From IMG/VR virus record IMGVR_UViG_3300011115_000879, positions 64,001 through 128,000 of that record: DNA of 64,000 bases; one strand, written 5' to 3'. Below the pieces are notes generated by a model. The model was given only the letters and a program-made list of their open reading frames with translations. It had not been told where the DNA came from and did not search any database. Below, in pieces: positions 28,029 through 37,394 of this stretch. Source of the DNA: a virus. Every line of letters starts with the position of its first letter. Positions within the stretch are counted from its first letter, which is position 1. Position numbers and translations under genes: made by a program.

Positions 28029-28883
28029 ATGAAGATTAAACATAACAAATTTAAAAATACAGGTATATTATTTGAATTGCTAGTGCGCCAAATCGCATCA
28101 GATACTATATCTGGTAAAGATTCGGCTGCAATTAATTTAGTAAAGAAATACTTTTCTAAATCTGAATTAGCAAAAGAACATAAAATATACCAAGCTTTAG
28201 TTAGCTCAAAAGCATTAACTGAAGGTAAAGCCGAATCATTAATTAATGCTACGCTTGAATTATCTTCACGTTTAAATAAATCTGCTTTACGCAAAGAAAA
28301 ATACAATATCATTAAAGATATTCGTGAATCTTATGAATTGGAAGAATTTTTCAAATCAAAAATCAACAACTACCCTCAATACGCAGCAGCATATATTTTA
28401 CTTGAAGCTAATAATTCATTAGAATTTATTGAGCCATCTCAAGTTATTGAGAATAAAGTAACTTTACTTGAACATATATCTCGTACTACCGTTAATAAAA
28501 CCGATGTTAAAGATCGCGTTTTAGAAGAGTACGCTACTATGGATAAAGGTACTCGCATATTAGTATATAAAATGTTACTAGAGAAATTTAATAGCAAATA
28601 CAATAATATGTCTAATGCTCAAAAATCAGTACTAAAAGAATACATTAACAATATATCTAATACAGTTAAATTAAGAGAATTTGTAAATGATAGCTTCGTT
28701 GCTATTAAATTAGATTTAATTAAACTTAACAAAGTGGTAACAGATAAAACTACTCAGATTAAAATACACGAAGTAGCTAATTTATTAAAACCATTGGATA
28801 AAAATCAAAATGTAAAAGACGATAACATTATTGCTTTACTACAATTCCATCAGTTAGTAGCTGAACTTAAATCTATTAAGTAA
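28029..28883 (+). CDS. Helical hypothetical protein in the head module
   Basis: 284-aa intact ORF after the portal, with its own ATATTTAT. Confidence 0.55.
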   Translation: MKIKHNKFKNTGILFELLVRQIASDTISGKDSAAINLVKKYFSKSELAKEHKIYQALVSSKALTEGKAESLINATLELSSRLNKSALRKEKYNIIKDIRESYELEEFFKSKINNYPQYAAAYILLEANNSLEFIEPSQVIENKVTLLEHISRTTVNKTDVKDRVLEEYATMDKGTRILVYKMLLEKFNSKYNNMSNAQKSVLKEYINNISNTVKLREFVNDSFVAIKLDLIKLNKVVTDKTTQIKIHEVANLLKPLDKNQNVKDDNIIALLQFHQLVAELKSIK

Positions 28884-29536
28884 TGACACTGGAAGAATAT
28901 ATCAAAAAAATCATAGATGAAGAATCAGCATCTGGTGATGCTGGTGGATATATGACTCCAAAAGCATTTTCTCCTAAAGGACAAGGCAAAAATGCTGCTA
29001 CTAAATCAGCAGAAAAACAAGGTTGGAAAGTTACTAAAGGTGAAACCGAAATGCCTGCTGATTCTAAAGTAAAAGATTATAAATCTATTTGGAATAAAAA
29101 GAAAAAAAGAACTAAAATATATAACGAAAGCGGCTATACCGAAAAATCTATTTCTTCCCAATCAAGTGGATACACTGCAGCAAGCGGTTATACAGGTGGT
29201 GGAATTAAAGGAGACGATTATTATAAAAAAGAAAGTATGAATAAAGAATTATTGGATATTATTGAAAAAGAAATAATAAACGAGGCTACATACAATAAAT
29301 TCAAAAAAGAAATATCTTACCGTTCTAAAACTGAAATGCTACATAAAGGTATTAAGCAAGTAAAACGTAAGTTAGCCGAAATCGATCGTATCGTTGAATA
29401 TACATCTCGTATGAAACAAGAATTGAGTGAAGGTGAAGAAGGTGTTAAATATTGGAAATCAACTGAAAAAAACGTTACTCAAATCGCTGAAATGGTAAAT
29501 AACTTAAACGAAAAAATTAAAAATTTATATAAATAA
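28883..29536 (+). CDS. Putative prohead core/internal protein
   Basis: IIDE, IYNE, IINE and LSE sites; coiled-coil C-terminus. Confidence 0.45.
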   Translation: MTLEEYIKKIIDEESASGDAGGYMTPKAFSPKGQGKNAATKSAEKQGWKVTKGETEMPADSKVKDYKSIWNKKKKRTKIYNESGYTEKSISSQSSGYTAASGYTGGGIKGDDYYKKESMNKELLDIIEKEIINEATYNKFKKEISYRSKTEMLHKGIKQVKRKLAEIDRIVEYTSRMKQELSEGEEGVKYWKSTEKNVTQIAEMVNNLNEKIKNLYK

Positions 29537-29844
29537 TGGCTAATATACCAGTAAACCCAGGTGGAACATTTTTATTTGCAGGTCAAACCGCAACAGGATC
29601 ATTTGCAGGAATGCTTGCCCTATCAACAGGATCAGTATTTGCTCCTACAGGATCACAAATAACAGGATTAAAATATATTAATGGATATAATGTAGTATCT
29701 GATGGAAAAGGATTTCAAAACTATATTCCTACAGAAACTACTATATCAACTGTATTTAATCTAGATCCTGGTACTAAAATTGATTTAGTAATTACTTCTT
29801 GTAGTTTAGCTGCCGGAAGTGCACCTGTAATTTTATATACTTAA
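29536..29844 (+). CDS. Small beta-rich protein, possible capsid decoration protein
   Basis: 102 aa, TGS-rich, low charge, located in the head module. Confidence 0.4.
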   Translation: MANIPVNPGGTFLFAGQTATGSFAGMLALSTGSVFAPTGSQITGLKYINGYNVVSDGKGFQNYIPTETTISTVFNLDPGTKIDLVITSCSLAAGSAPVILYT

Positions 29845-29856
29845 AATAAAACAATA

Positions 29857-29982
29857 ATGGCAAAAGCATCATCAAGCGACGCTCGTAAAGTAACATTTGG
29901 TGCTCGTAAAAAAGGAGCAGCAAAAAAATCATTCAACAAACATTCACCTCGTCCAAAGAAATATAAAAGTCAAGGCCGCTAA
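29857..29982 (+). CDS. Small very basic protein (41 aa, absent from ORF track)
   Basis: MAKASSSDARKVTFGARKKGAAKKSFNKHSPRPKKYKSQGR; fills the gap between genes with an A-rich initiation context. Confidence 0.65.
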   Translation: MAKASSSDARKVTFGARKKGAAKKSFNKHSPRPKKYKSQGR

Positions 29983-29994
29983 ACTATACCAAGC

Positions 29995-31032
29995 ATGAAA
30001 AGTGTAAAACAACAATACATCGATTTACAAGAAGGTAAAATGTCTCAAACGCAATTTATGCGTAATATACGTTTAACCTTACCTCAGTATGTTACTAATG
30101 TAACATCATTTGATGATTCAGTTAGAATCCTTAAAAATAAAGGTATATTATCTGAAGCTGATACAAAATCATCTGAAGGTGAAGGTAAATGGAAAACAGT
30201 TACTGGTAAAGATTTATATAGTCATTTTAAAGAAATTGACAATTTAAATGGTCAAGAAGTATTAGTTGGTGTTGATTATGAAATGGAAAAAAATCCTGAG
30301 CTAACTAAACTAGAAGCTCAAAAGATTGTAATTAAAAACCTAAAGAAAAATCAATTTTACTACACAGCACAAGATGTATCTGGTGTAGAAGGATATGAGA
30401 TGGAATATATGGGTTCTAAAGAAGATGTAAAGGCTCGTCAAATGCAATATCTTGAAAAAAACATGAGCAATGTTGTTGACAAGAAAATGGGTATGAAACC
30501 AGTTAAAGGCTTCGAAAACGCAAAAGCATCATCAAATAAAGCATCTAAAGAAACTAATAAAAGTGGAGAAATAGATATAATGTCATTAGTAGCTAAAACC
30601 GTTCGTGGTTTAGTTAAAATGGACGCTACCGGTGAAAAAGCTAAGAAAATTGTAATGAAGGAAGGTGAAGAAATGGATACAATGGCATTAGTACAACGTT
30701 TCATTAATAGCAATCCTACATTAAGACAACACACCACAGATATTGAACTTGAAAATAGCGGTAAAGGTGTTATTTTGAAATACGGATTTTATGATACATT
30801 ACCTGATGAATTATATTCTAAATTAGAATTACAATTTGATGTTAATGGAATGGATGATAATACAGATGAGGAAGGTGAAAAAGTATATTATACATTAACA
30901 CCAAAAAAATCACCATATAACTCACAATACTCAGGTGTCGGTTTACAATCACCATTAGAAGAAGAAATACGCAAACAAGTAAAAGAAATGTTTGATGGTC
31001 GTGACAATTTAACTGATATTGAAAATTTTTAA
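29995..31032 (+). CDS. Putative prohead core/internal protein
   Basis: LQE, LSE, MKE and LEE sites; GVDYEME motif; directly upstream of the protease. Confidence 0.45.
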   Translation: MKSVKQQYIDLQEGKMSQTQFMRNIRLTLPQYVTNVTSFDDSVRILKNKGILSEADTKSSEGEGKWKTVTGKDLYSHFKEIDNLNGQEVLVGVDYEMEKNPELTKLEAQKIVIKNLKKNQFYYTAQDVSGVEGYEMEYMGSKEDVKARQMQYLEKNMSNVVDKKMGMKPVKGFENAKASSNKASKETNKSGEIDIMSLVAKTVRGLVKMDATGEKAKKIVMKEGEEMDTMALVQRFINSNPTLRQHTTDIELENSGKGVILKYGFYDTLPDELYSKLELQFDVNGMDDNTDEEGEKVYYTLTPKKSPYNSQYSGVGLQSPLEEEIRKQVKEMFDGRDNLTDIENF

Positions 31033-31033
31033 T

Positions 31034-31648
31034 ATGAAGCAACTATTAATCGATCATACACCGTTTAACGTAGCAAAACTAACATTATCTGAAGCGAAAG
31101 CAATAGATAATGGTAGAATGCGTATTAAAGGTAAATTACAAGAAGCCGAACAAAAGAATGGCAATGGTCGTGTTTATCCTATGGAAGTATTGCGTCGCGA
31201 AGTAGAAAAATACATTGACGGCCCAATAAAATCTAATACAGCAATGGGTGAGTTAGATCACCCCGAAGCATCAATCGTTAACTTAAACAACGTATCACAC
31301 AATATTAAACGCATATGGTGGGAAGGTAATGACTTGATGGGTGAATTAGAATTACTAAATACACCATCAGGAAAAATTGCTCAAGAAATTATATCTGCAG
31401 GAATACCATTAGGTATATCTTCACGTGGTATGGGTTCAGTAAAGCAAATTGGTGAATCCGTAGAAGTACAAGACGATTTCGAATTAGTATGTTGGGATTT
31501 GGTATCATTACCATCAACACCAGATGCATATATGAGATTATCTGAAGGTAAACAAACATCAACAACACCATCAAAAGACTATAGTAAAATTAATTCATTA
31601 ATAACTGAAATAATTTGCACTCACACAGGTGTATGTGCATTATGTTAA
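31034..31648 (+). CDS. gp21: Prohead protease (T4 gp21-like)
   Basis: NGNGRVYP, GELDHP (His), GISSRGMGS (Ser), WDLVSLPS (Asp). Confidence 0.93.
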   Translation: MKQLLIDHTPFNVAKLTLSEAKAIDNGRMRIKGKLQEAEQKNGNGRVYPMEVLRREVEKYIDGPIKSNTAMGELDHPEASIVNLNNVSHNIKRIWWEGNDLMGELELLNTPSGKIAQEIISAGIPLGISSRGMGSVKQIGESVEVQDDFELVCWDLVSLPSTPDAYMRLSEGKQTSTTPSKDYSKINSLITEIICTHTGVCALC

Positions 31649-31671
31649 TATTTATACAAAAATAACCCCAA

Positions 31672-32598
31672 ATGAAACAACCAATTAACGAAATTAAAAG
31701 AATGCAGCAATTAGCTGGTCTTATTACTGAATCACAGTTAAATGAAGTAGAATCGTCTTTACAAACATATTTAACAAGTATAGAAAAAAATTTAAAAAGT
31801 AAACCTGAAGAATTAACAAAAAAGATTACAGATTATTTACATTCTGTTTTTGTTGTAGGAAACGGAATACCAGGAGTTATAAGTGTCCCTAATCATATAT
31901 ACTATGTTATCCCAAGTAAAAAAGGTGATAACTTTATAACAGTAATGGGATACACAGATAGAGATAAAGGATTTATAGTTAATGATCAAATTTTAAAATG
32001 GTTGGTAAGCGCAGATCCATTTTTAAGTAATGAGGCCGCTGAAAAAGTAGTACAATCTTACATACAAGATTCAAAATTAAATACTGGAGGAAAATGGGGA
32101 GGATTTGAAAAAATGGGGGATATGTTGAAAAATCAATTTGAAACTAATAAAAAACCAGCAACTGAACCACAACAAGAATCACAACTAAATGAATACGACG
32201 AATATGATGACATCGACACACCAGAATTTGATGACGATCACGACATAGATGCTCAAAAGAAATTCGATGATATGATAGTAGACGTACCAAGACTACATCA
32301 ATTGATAAGTAGCTCTCATCACAGAGGAAAAGAAGTAACAATAAATGGTGTTAAAGTTACAGATGTAACTGGAATAGGAAACATTTTTCTAGAAAATGGT
32401 GAAAAATTAAATAGTAAAGAATTTGCTAATGGTGTTCCTGATATCAAAATCAATAACGAACCAATTAACATTCCATTCACATCATCAAAACCACCAGCAC
32501 CATTAAATTATAAATCAAGTGATGTATACCCTGCTGGAAGTTATATGGATGAAGTGGTTAATAAAGCTTTAAAAGAACACCGCAGACAACAAAAATAA
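31672..32598 (+). CDS. Two-domain putative internal head protein with RMQQLAG leader
   Basis: MKQPINEIKRMQQLAGLITESQLNE; ESQLNE recurs internally and separates two domains. Confidence 0.55.
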   Translation: MKQPINEIKRMQQLAGLITESQLNEVESSLQTYLTSIEKNLKSKPEELTKKITDYLHSVFVVGNGIPGVISVPNHIYYVIPSKKGDNFITVMGYTDRDKGFIVNDQILKWLVSADPFLSNEAAEKVVQSYIQDSKLNTGGKWGGFEKMGDMLKNQFETNKKPATEPQQESQLNEYDEYDDIDTPEFDDDHDIDAQKKFDDMIVDVPRLHQLISSSHHRGKEVTINGVKVTDVTGIGNIFLENGEKLNSKEFANGVPDIKINNEPINIPFTSSKPPAPLNYKSSDVYPAGSYMDEVVNKALKEHRRQQK

Positions 32599-32625
32599 CC
32601 CCTTTATATATAGAATATATAAACC

Positions 32626-32658
32626 GACGCCTCCCCTAAAAAGGAGGCGTTTCGCTTT
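32626..32658 (+). terminator. Terminator-like hairpin
   Basis: GACGCCTCC-CCTAAAAA-GGAGGCGTT followed by TCGCTTT. Confidence 0.65.
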
Positions 32659-32808
32659 GCGGTTTTCCATACTTACACATATTTATTACTAGCCTATAAT
32701 AGCTACCCACATCACAACTCCCCATGGTAGCTCGGCATTTTATAAACCCCACTATTAAGATTCATAATAATCTTATTTCCGTAAAATAAATTTAAGGAGA
32801 AAATCACA
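32658..32808 (+). promoter_or_regulatory. Promoter and long structured 5' leader of the scaffold-capsid operon
   Basis: TGCGGTTTT...ATATTTAT (32679); stems AGCTACC/GGTAGCT and TAAGATT/AATCTTA; AAGGAG at 32794. Confidence 0.55.
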
Positions 32809-33873
32809 ATGAGTACAAACAAAAATTTGTTCAAAGAAGCAATCGCTGACGCTAAAGCCGTTCGTGAAGCTGCGTTAGCAAACGCAAAAGTTGCCCTTGA
32901 AGAAGCTTTGACTCCGAAACTTCAATCTATGTTATCTGCAAAGTTACAAGAAATGGAGTCATACGAAGAAGGTGCAATGGGTGGCTACACAGATGAAAAT
33001 CTGGATGAAGAAGATTACATGCAACCTTTAAACACAGCTGACGAAATGGGTCAGTCTGGTTTCGGAGCTAGAGAGCAAGGTAAACCTGGTTTTGGAGATT
33101 TAGGTTTTGAAGAAGAAGATTTGGAAGAAGATTTCGATTTATCTGAAATTTTAGCTGAACTTAACGAAGCTGATGAAGAAGAAGCTGAGGAAGAAGGCGA
33201 AGAAGAAGAGGATGAAGAGGAAGAAGAAGAAGAATCTGAAGAAGGCGAAAACGTTGCTGACATGTCTGTTGAAGACTTAAAAGATCTTATCAAATCAATC
33301 GTTGATCAAGAATTGGAAGCTGAAGAAGCAGAAACACCTGCTGAAGAAGAAGCTGAATATGCTGATGGCGAAGAAGCTGGTGAAGAAGCAGGCAACGAAG
33401 ACGAAATCGATTTAGAAGAATTACTTGCTGAATTAGATTCTTTAGGTGAAAATGATGACGAAGACGATATCATGGAAGCTAAAAAGAAAGCTAAAGACAC
33501 TAAGAAAGAAAAAGAAGCTAAAGAAGAAATGAAAGAAGCAGTAGCTACTATCAATGCTCTTCGTAAAGAAATGAACGAAGTTAATTTATTAAACGCTAAA
33601 TTACTTTACGTAAACAAAATCTTCAAAGCTAAGAATTTAACTGAATCACAAAAAGTAAAAGTAATTGCTTCATTTGATAAAGCAACTAACGTTAAAGAAG
33701 CTAAAGTAGTATTCGAATCATTAAATAGTGCTTTACGTGCACCTGCTAAAAAAGCAATTAAAGAATCCTTTGGATTTGCTTCAAAAGCATCAGGTGTTGC
33801 TCAAAACAGAACAATAGTTGAATCAAACGATGCTATTAAACGTATGCAAAAACTTGCAAACATCATTAAATAA
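32809..33873 (+). CDS. Prohead core scaffold protein (T4 gp22-like role)
   Basis: Very acidic helical protein between protease and capsid genes, with many LxE sites. Confidence 0.8.
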   Translation: MSTNKNLFKEAIADAKAVREAALANAKVALEEALTPKLQSMLSAKLQEMESYEEGAMGGYTDENLDEEDYMQPLNTADEMGQSGFGAREQGKPGFGDLGFEEEDLEEDFDLSEILAELNEADEEEAEEEGEEEEDEEEEEEESEEGENVADMSVEDLKDLIKSIVDQELEAEEAETPAEEEAEYADGEEAGEEAGNEDEIDLEELLAELDSLGENDDEDDIMEAKKKAKDTKKEKEAKEEMKEAVATINALRKEMNEVNLLNAKLLYVNKIFKAKNLTESQKVKVIASFDKATNVKEAKVVFESLNSALRAPAKKAIKESFGFASKASGVAQNRTIVESNDAIKRMQKLANIIK

Positions 33874-33901
33874 TTTAATTAACAAACAAAACTCGTTTAA
33901 A

Positions 33902-35527
33902 ATGAACGTACAACAATTATTAGAATCATCAAACCAATACAAAACGGTTTCTGATGATGCAAAAAAACTTAGTTCCAAGTGGACTAGATCGGGCCTCTTA
34001 GAAGGTATTAAAGGCGAAAACGATCGCAATACTATGGCCATGTTGCTTGAAAATCAAGCAAAACAATTAGTAACTGAAGCCTCTTCAACTGGTACTGCCT
34101 CTCCAGGTAGTGGTGGTTATAATGGTGAATCTTGGAATGGCGTTGCCTTACCATTAGTTCGTCGTGTATTCGGTGAAATCGCTGCTAAAGAATTCGTTAG
34201 TGTACAACCAATGAACTTACCTTCAGGTCTTGTATTTTATCTTGACTTTAAGTACGGTACTGGTGTTAAACCATTTGCTCAAAATAGTTCTTTGTATGGC
34301 GCTAACGCAACTACAAACGTAACTGATATCGCTTCTGCTTCATTATATGGTGCTGGTAGATTTGGTTACTCACTTAACCCATATACAGCTTCTGTAGCTT
34401 CTATTTCTTCATCTCTTACTTGGACTGATTTTAATTTTGATGCTGATTATTCAGCTTCTGCCGCTGCTGGTACTTACAGAAAAATTCAAGTTCCTTTACC
34501 GGCTGGATACGATACAAATGGTGTTCGTGCTTTTACAGTTACTTCAGGTTCAACTGATTTACAAGTTTTAAGTGCATTTACAACTGTAGCTAGTAATACT
34601 GGTTCTTTCATTGTAACTGGTTCTTTACTTGCTGGTGTTGTTGGTACTGGTGTAGGTAACTTAATTTTATCTTATACATTTGCTCCTCAAGATTCTGGTA
34701 GTGGTCAATTCCGTGGTGATTTTGAAGACGGCGTTACTAAGAATCCAGGTACTGCTGCTCCATCTACAATTGCAATCCCAGAAATTAACGTACAGTTAAA
34801 ATCTGAACCAATCGTTGCTAAAACTCGTAAGTTGAAAGCACAATGGACACCAGAATTTGCTCAAGATTTGAACGCTTACCATAGTGTTGATGCTGAAGCT
34901 GAATTAACTGGTATCTTATCTCAATACATTTCAATGGAAATTGATTTGGAATTGATGGATATGTTGATTCAAAATGCATTCACTGTTGATTACTGGAGCG
35001 CTCAAAACAATACTACTGTTACTGCTGCTGGTGGTGTAGTTGCAAATGCTGCTGCTCAATCCTTCTATAACACACAAGGTGGATGGTTCCAAACTTTAGG
35101 TACTAAATTACAAAAAGTTAGTAACAAAATTCATCAATTGACATTACGCGGTGGCGCTAATTTCATGGTAGTTTCTCCAACAGTATCTACTATTTTGGAA
35201 TCAATTCCAGGATTTGCTGCTGATGGTGATGGTGATAAAATGGAATACAACTTTGGTATTCAAAAGATTGGTAGCTTGAACAGTCGTTACAAGGTTTACA
35301 AAAACCCATACATGACTGAAAATGTTATCTTGTTAGGATATAAAGGTGCTCAGTTCTTGGAATGTGGTGCTGTATTTGCTCCATACGTTCCATTGATCAT
35401 GACTCCATTATTGTATGATCCAACTACATTTACTCCACGTAAAGGTCTTATGACTCGTTACGCGAAGAAAATGATCCGTCCTGATTACTACGGTAAGATC
35501 TATGTTAGTGGTTTGAACACTATCTAA
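33902..35527 (+). CDS. gp23: Major capsid protein, copy 1 (T4 gp23-like)
   Basis: LLENQ, LVRR, VQPMNLPSGLVFYL, AKTRKLKAQWTPEFAQDL, APYVPL, FTPRKGLMTRY; ATG at 33902 aligns with copy 2. Confidence 0.95.
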   Translation: MNVQQLLESSNQYKTVSDDAKKLSSKWTRSGLLEGIKGENDRNTMAMLLENQAKQLVTEASSTGTASPGSGGYNGESWNGVALPLVRRVFGEIAAKEFVSVQPMNLPSGLVFYLDFKYGTGVKPFAQNSSLYGANATTNVTDIASASLYGAGRFGYSLNPYTASVASISSSLTWTDFNFDADYSASAAAGTYRKIQVPLPAGYDTNGVRAFTVTSGSTDLQVLSAFTTVASNTGSFIVTGSLLAGVVGTGVGNLILSYTFAPQDSGSGQFRGDFEDGVTKNPGTAAPSTIAIPEINVQLKSEPIVAKTRKLKAQWTPEFAQDLNAYHSVDAEAELTGILSQYISMEIDLELMDMLIQNAFTVDYWSAQNNTTVTAAGGVVANAAAQSFYNTQGGWFQTLGTKLQKVSNKIHQLTLRGGANFMVVSPTVSTILESIPGFAADGDGDKMEYNFGIQKIGSLNSRYKVYKNPYMTENVILLGYKGAQFLECGAVFAPYVPLIMTPLLYDPTTFTPRKGLMTRYAKKMIRPDYYGKIYVSGLNTI

Positions 35528-35540
35528 TATAATAACATAA

Positions 35541-35576
35541 AAAACGGCTGGGTGTAACAACCTGGCCGTTTTATTT
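35541..35576 (+). terminator. Hairpin with interrupted U-tract between the capsid genes
   Basis: AAAACGGCTGGGT-GTAACA-ACCTGGCCGTTTT followed by ATTT. Confidence 0.65.
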
Positions 35577-35600
35577 AATAACACATTCAATTCATTTAAA

Positions 35601-37304
35601 ATGAATATTCAATCTCTATTAGAATCATCAAACCAATATAAAACGGTTTCTGATGATGCAAAAAAACTTAGCACCAAATGGGCTAAGTCTGGCCTTTTAG
35701 AAGGCATTAAAAGTGAGAATGATCGTAATACGTTATCTATGTTGCTTGAAAACCAAGCAAAACAACTTGTAACTGAAGCTTCATCTACAGGTACAGCAGC
35801 CGCGGGTGCTGGATCTTATAGTGGTGAAAGTTGGAACGGAGTTGCATTGCCTCTCGTACGTAGAGTATTTGGTGAAATTGCAGCAAAAGAATTCGTTTCA
35901 GTTCAACCAATGAACTTACCTTCAGGTCTTGTATTTTATCTTGATTTTAAATATGGCACAAATGATGTTCACTTCAATAACGGTGATTCATTATATGGTG
36001 CCAATGCAACTAATAACGTAACTAACATCGCAGGTGAATCACTTTACGGTGCTGGTCAATTCGGCTACTCAATCAATAACTTCTCAGCTTCTGTTACTTC
36101 TGTAACCGGTGCTTTAGCTACTTGGGTAGATTTTAACTTTAACGATGACTTCTCAGCTTCAGCTGCTAGTAGCCAGTATAAAAAGATTTTAGTTCCATTA
36201 CCAACAACAGCCGATACAAATGCTGTTCGTTCATTTTTCATTAGTGGTAGTATTATATCTGGATCAGTAACAAGTTTTGGTGGGTACGGTGTAACTAATA
36301 CATCTACTAATTTACTACAAGATTTTACTACTGTAACAAATAATACAGCTTCATTCTTATTAACAGCATCTTTATTTACTAATAGTGTTGCTAGTGGTTC
36401 TAATCCTACACAAACAACACTTTTATACTTTACTGTAGCTCCAACAACTACAACTCGTGGTGATTTTGAAGATACTACTTCAGGTGGTGGTTCTGGTACA
36501 GCTGGTGGTAATGGTGGTTACCCATCTTTCCAATCCAATAGTACAATCGTTATCCCAGAAATTAACGTACAGTTAAAATCTGAACCAATTGTTGCTAAGA
36601 CAAGAAAATTAAAAGCACAATGGACACCGGAATTTGCTCAAGATTTAAATGCATATCATAGTGTTGATGCTGAATCAGAATTGACAGGAATTTTATCTCA
36701 ATATATCTCTATGGAGATTGATTTAGAATTAATGGACATGCTAATTCAAAATGCATTTACAGTAGATTATTGGTCAGCACAAAATAACACAACTGTTACT
36801 GCTGCTGGTGGTGTAGTTGCAAATGCTGCTGCTCAATCGTTTTATAACACTCAAGGAGGATGGTTCCAAACACTTGGTACTAAACTTCAGAAAGTATCTA
36901 ATAAAATTCATCAATTAACACTGAGAGGCGGTGCTAATTTCATGGTAGTTTCTCCAACAGTATCTACTGTTTTGGAATCAATTCCTGGATTTGCAGCTGA
37001 TGGTACAGGTGAAAAACTAGAATATAACTTTGGTATCCAAAAAATAGGTTCATTAAATAGTCGCTACAAGGTTTACAAAAATCCTTACATGACTGAGAAT
37101 GTAATTTTATTAGGATACAAAGGTGCACAATTCCTAGAGTGTGGTGCTGTATTTGCTCCATACGTTCCATTAATTATGACTCCACTTCTTTACGATCCAA
37201 GTACATTCACACCTAGAAAAGGTTTGATGACTAGATACGCTAAAAAGATGATTCGTCCTGATTACTACGGTAAAATCTACGTTAGTGGTTTAAATACTAT
37301 TTAA
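35601..37304 (+). CDS. gp23: Major capsid protein, copy 2 (T4 gp23-like)
   Basis: Same motifs as copy 1; C-terminal half almost identical, central insertion divergent and longer. Confidence 0.93.
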   Translation: MNIQSLLESSNQYKTVSDDAKKLSTKWAKSGLLEGIKSENDRNTLSMLLENQAKQLVTEASSTGTAAAGAGSYSGESWNGVALPLVRRVFGEIAAKEFVSVQPMNLPSGLVFYLDFKYGTNDVHFNNGDSLYGANATNNVTNIAGESLYGAGQFGYSINNFSASVTSVTGALATWVDFNFNDDFSASAASSQYKKILVPLPTTADTNAVRSFFISGSIISGSVTSFGGYGVTNTSTNLLQDFTTVTNNTASFLLTASLFTNSVASGSNPTQTTLLYFTVAPTTTTRGDFEDTTSGGGSGTAGGNGGYPSFQSNSTIVIPEINVQLKSEPIVAKTRKLKAQWTPEFAQDLNAYHSVDAESELTGILSQYISMEIDLELMDMLIQNAFTVDYWSAQNNTTVTAAGGVVANAAAQSFYNTQGGWFQTLGTKLQKVSNKIHQLTLRGGANFMVVSPTVSTVLESIPGFAADGTGEKLEYNFGIQKIGSLNSRYKVYKNPYMTENVILLGYKGAQFLECGAVFAPYVPLIMTPLLYDPSTFTPRKGLMTRYAKKMIRPDYYGKIYVSGLNTI

Positions 37305-37310
37305 CATAAC

Positions 37311-37365
37311 TTAACCCCGTAAGGTTAAAATAAGAACCCAAGTCGCAAGGCTTGGGTTTCTTTTT
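37311..37365 (+). terminator. Double hairpin / intrinsic terminator
   Basis: TTAACCCCGTAAGGTTAA, then AACCCAAGTC-GCAA-GGCTTGGGTT plus a T-run. Confidence 0.8.
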
Positions 37366-37394
37366 GCATATTTATATAAAACAAATCATATAAT

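Noticed and set aside
33818-33901. ORF-track N-terminal extensions (also 15741, 17784, 22273, 23231, 24452, 31019, 50712)
   Set aside because: They overlap upstream genes or promoter motifs; downstream ATGs match paralogue starts or the local initiation context.
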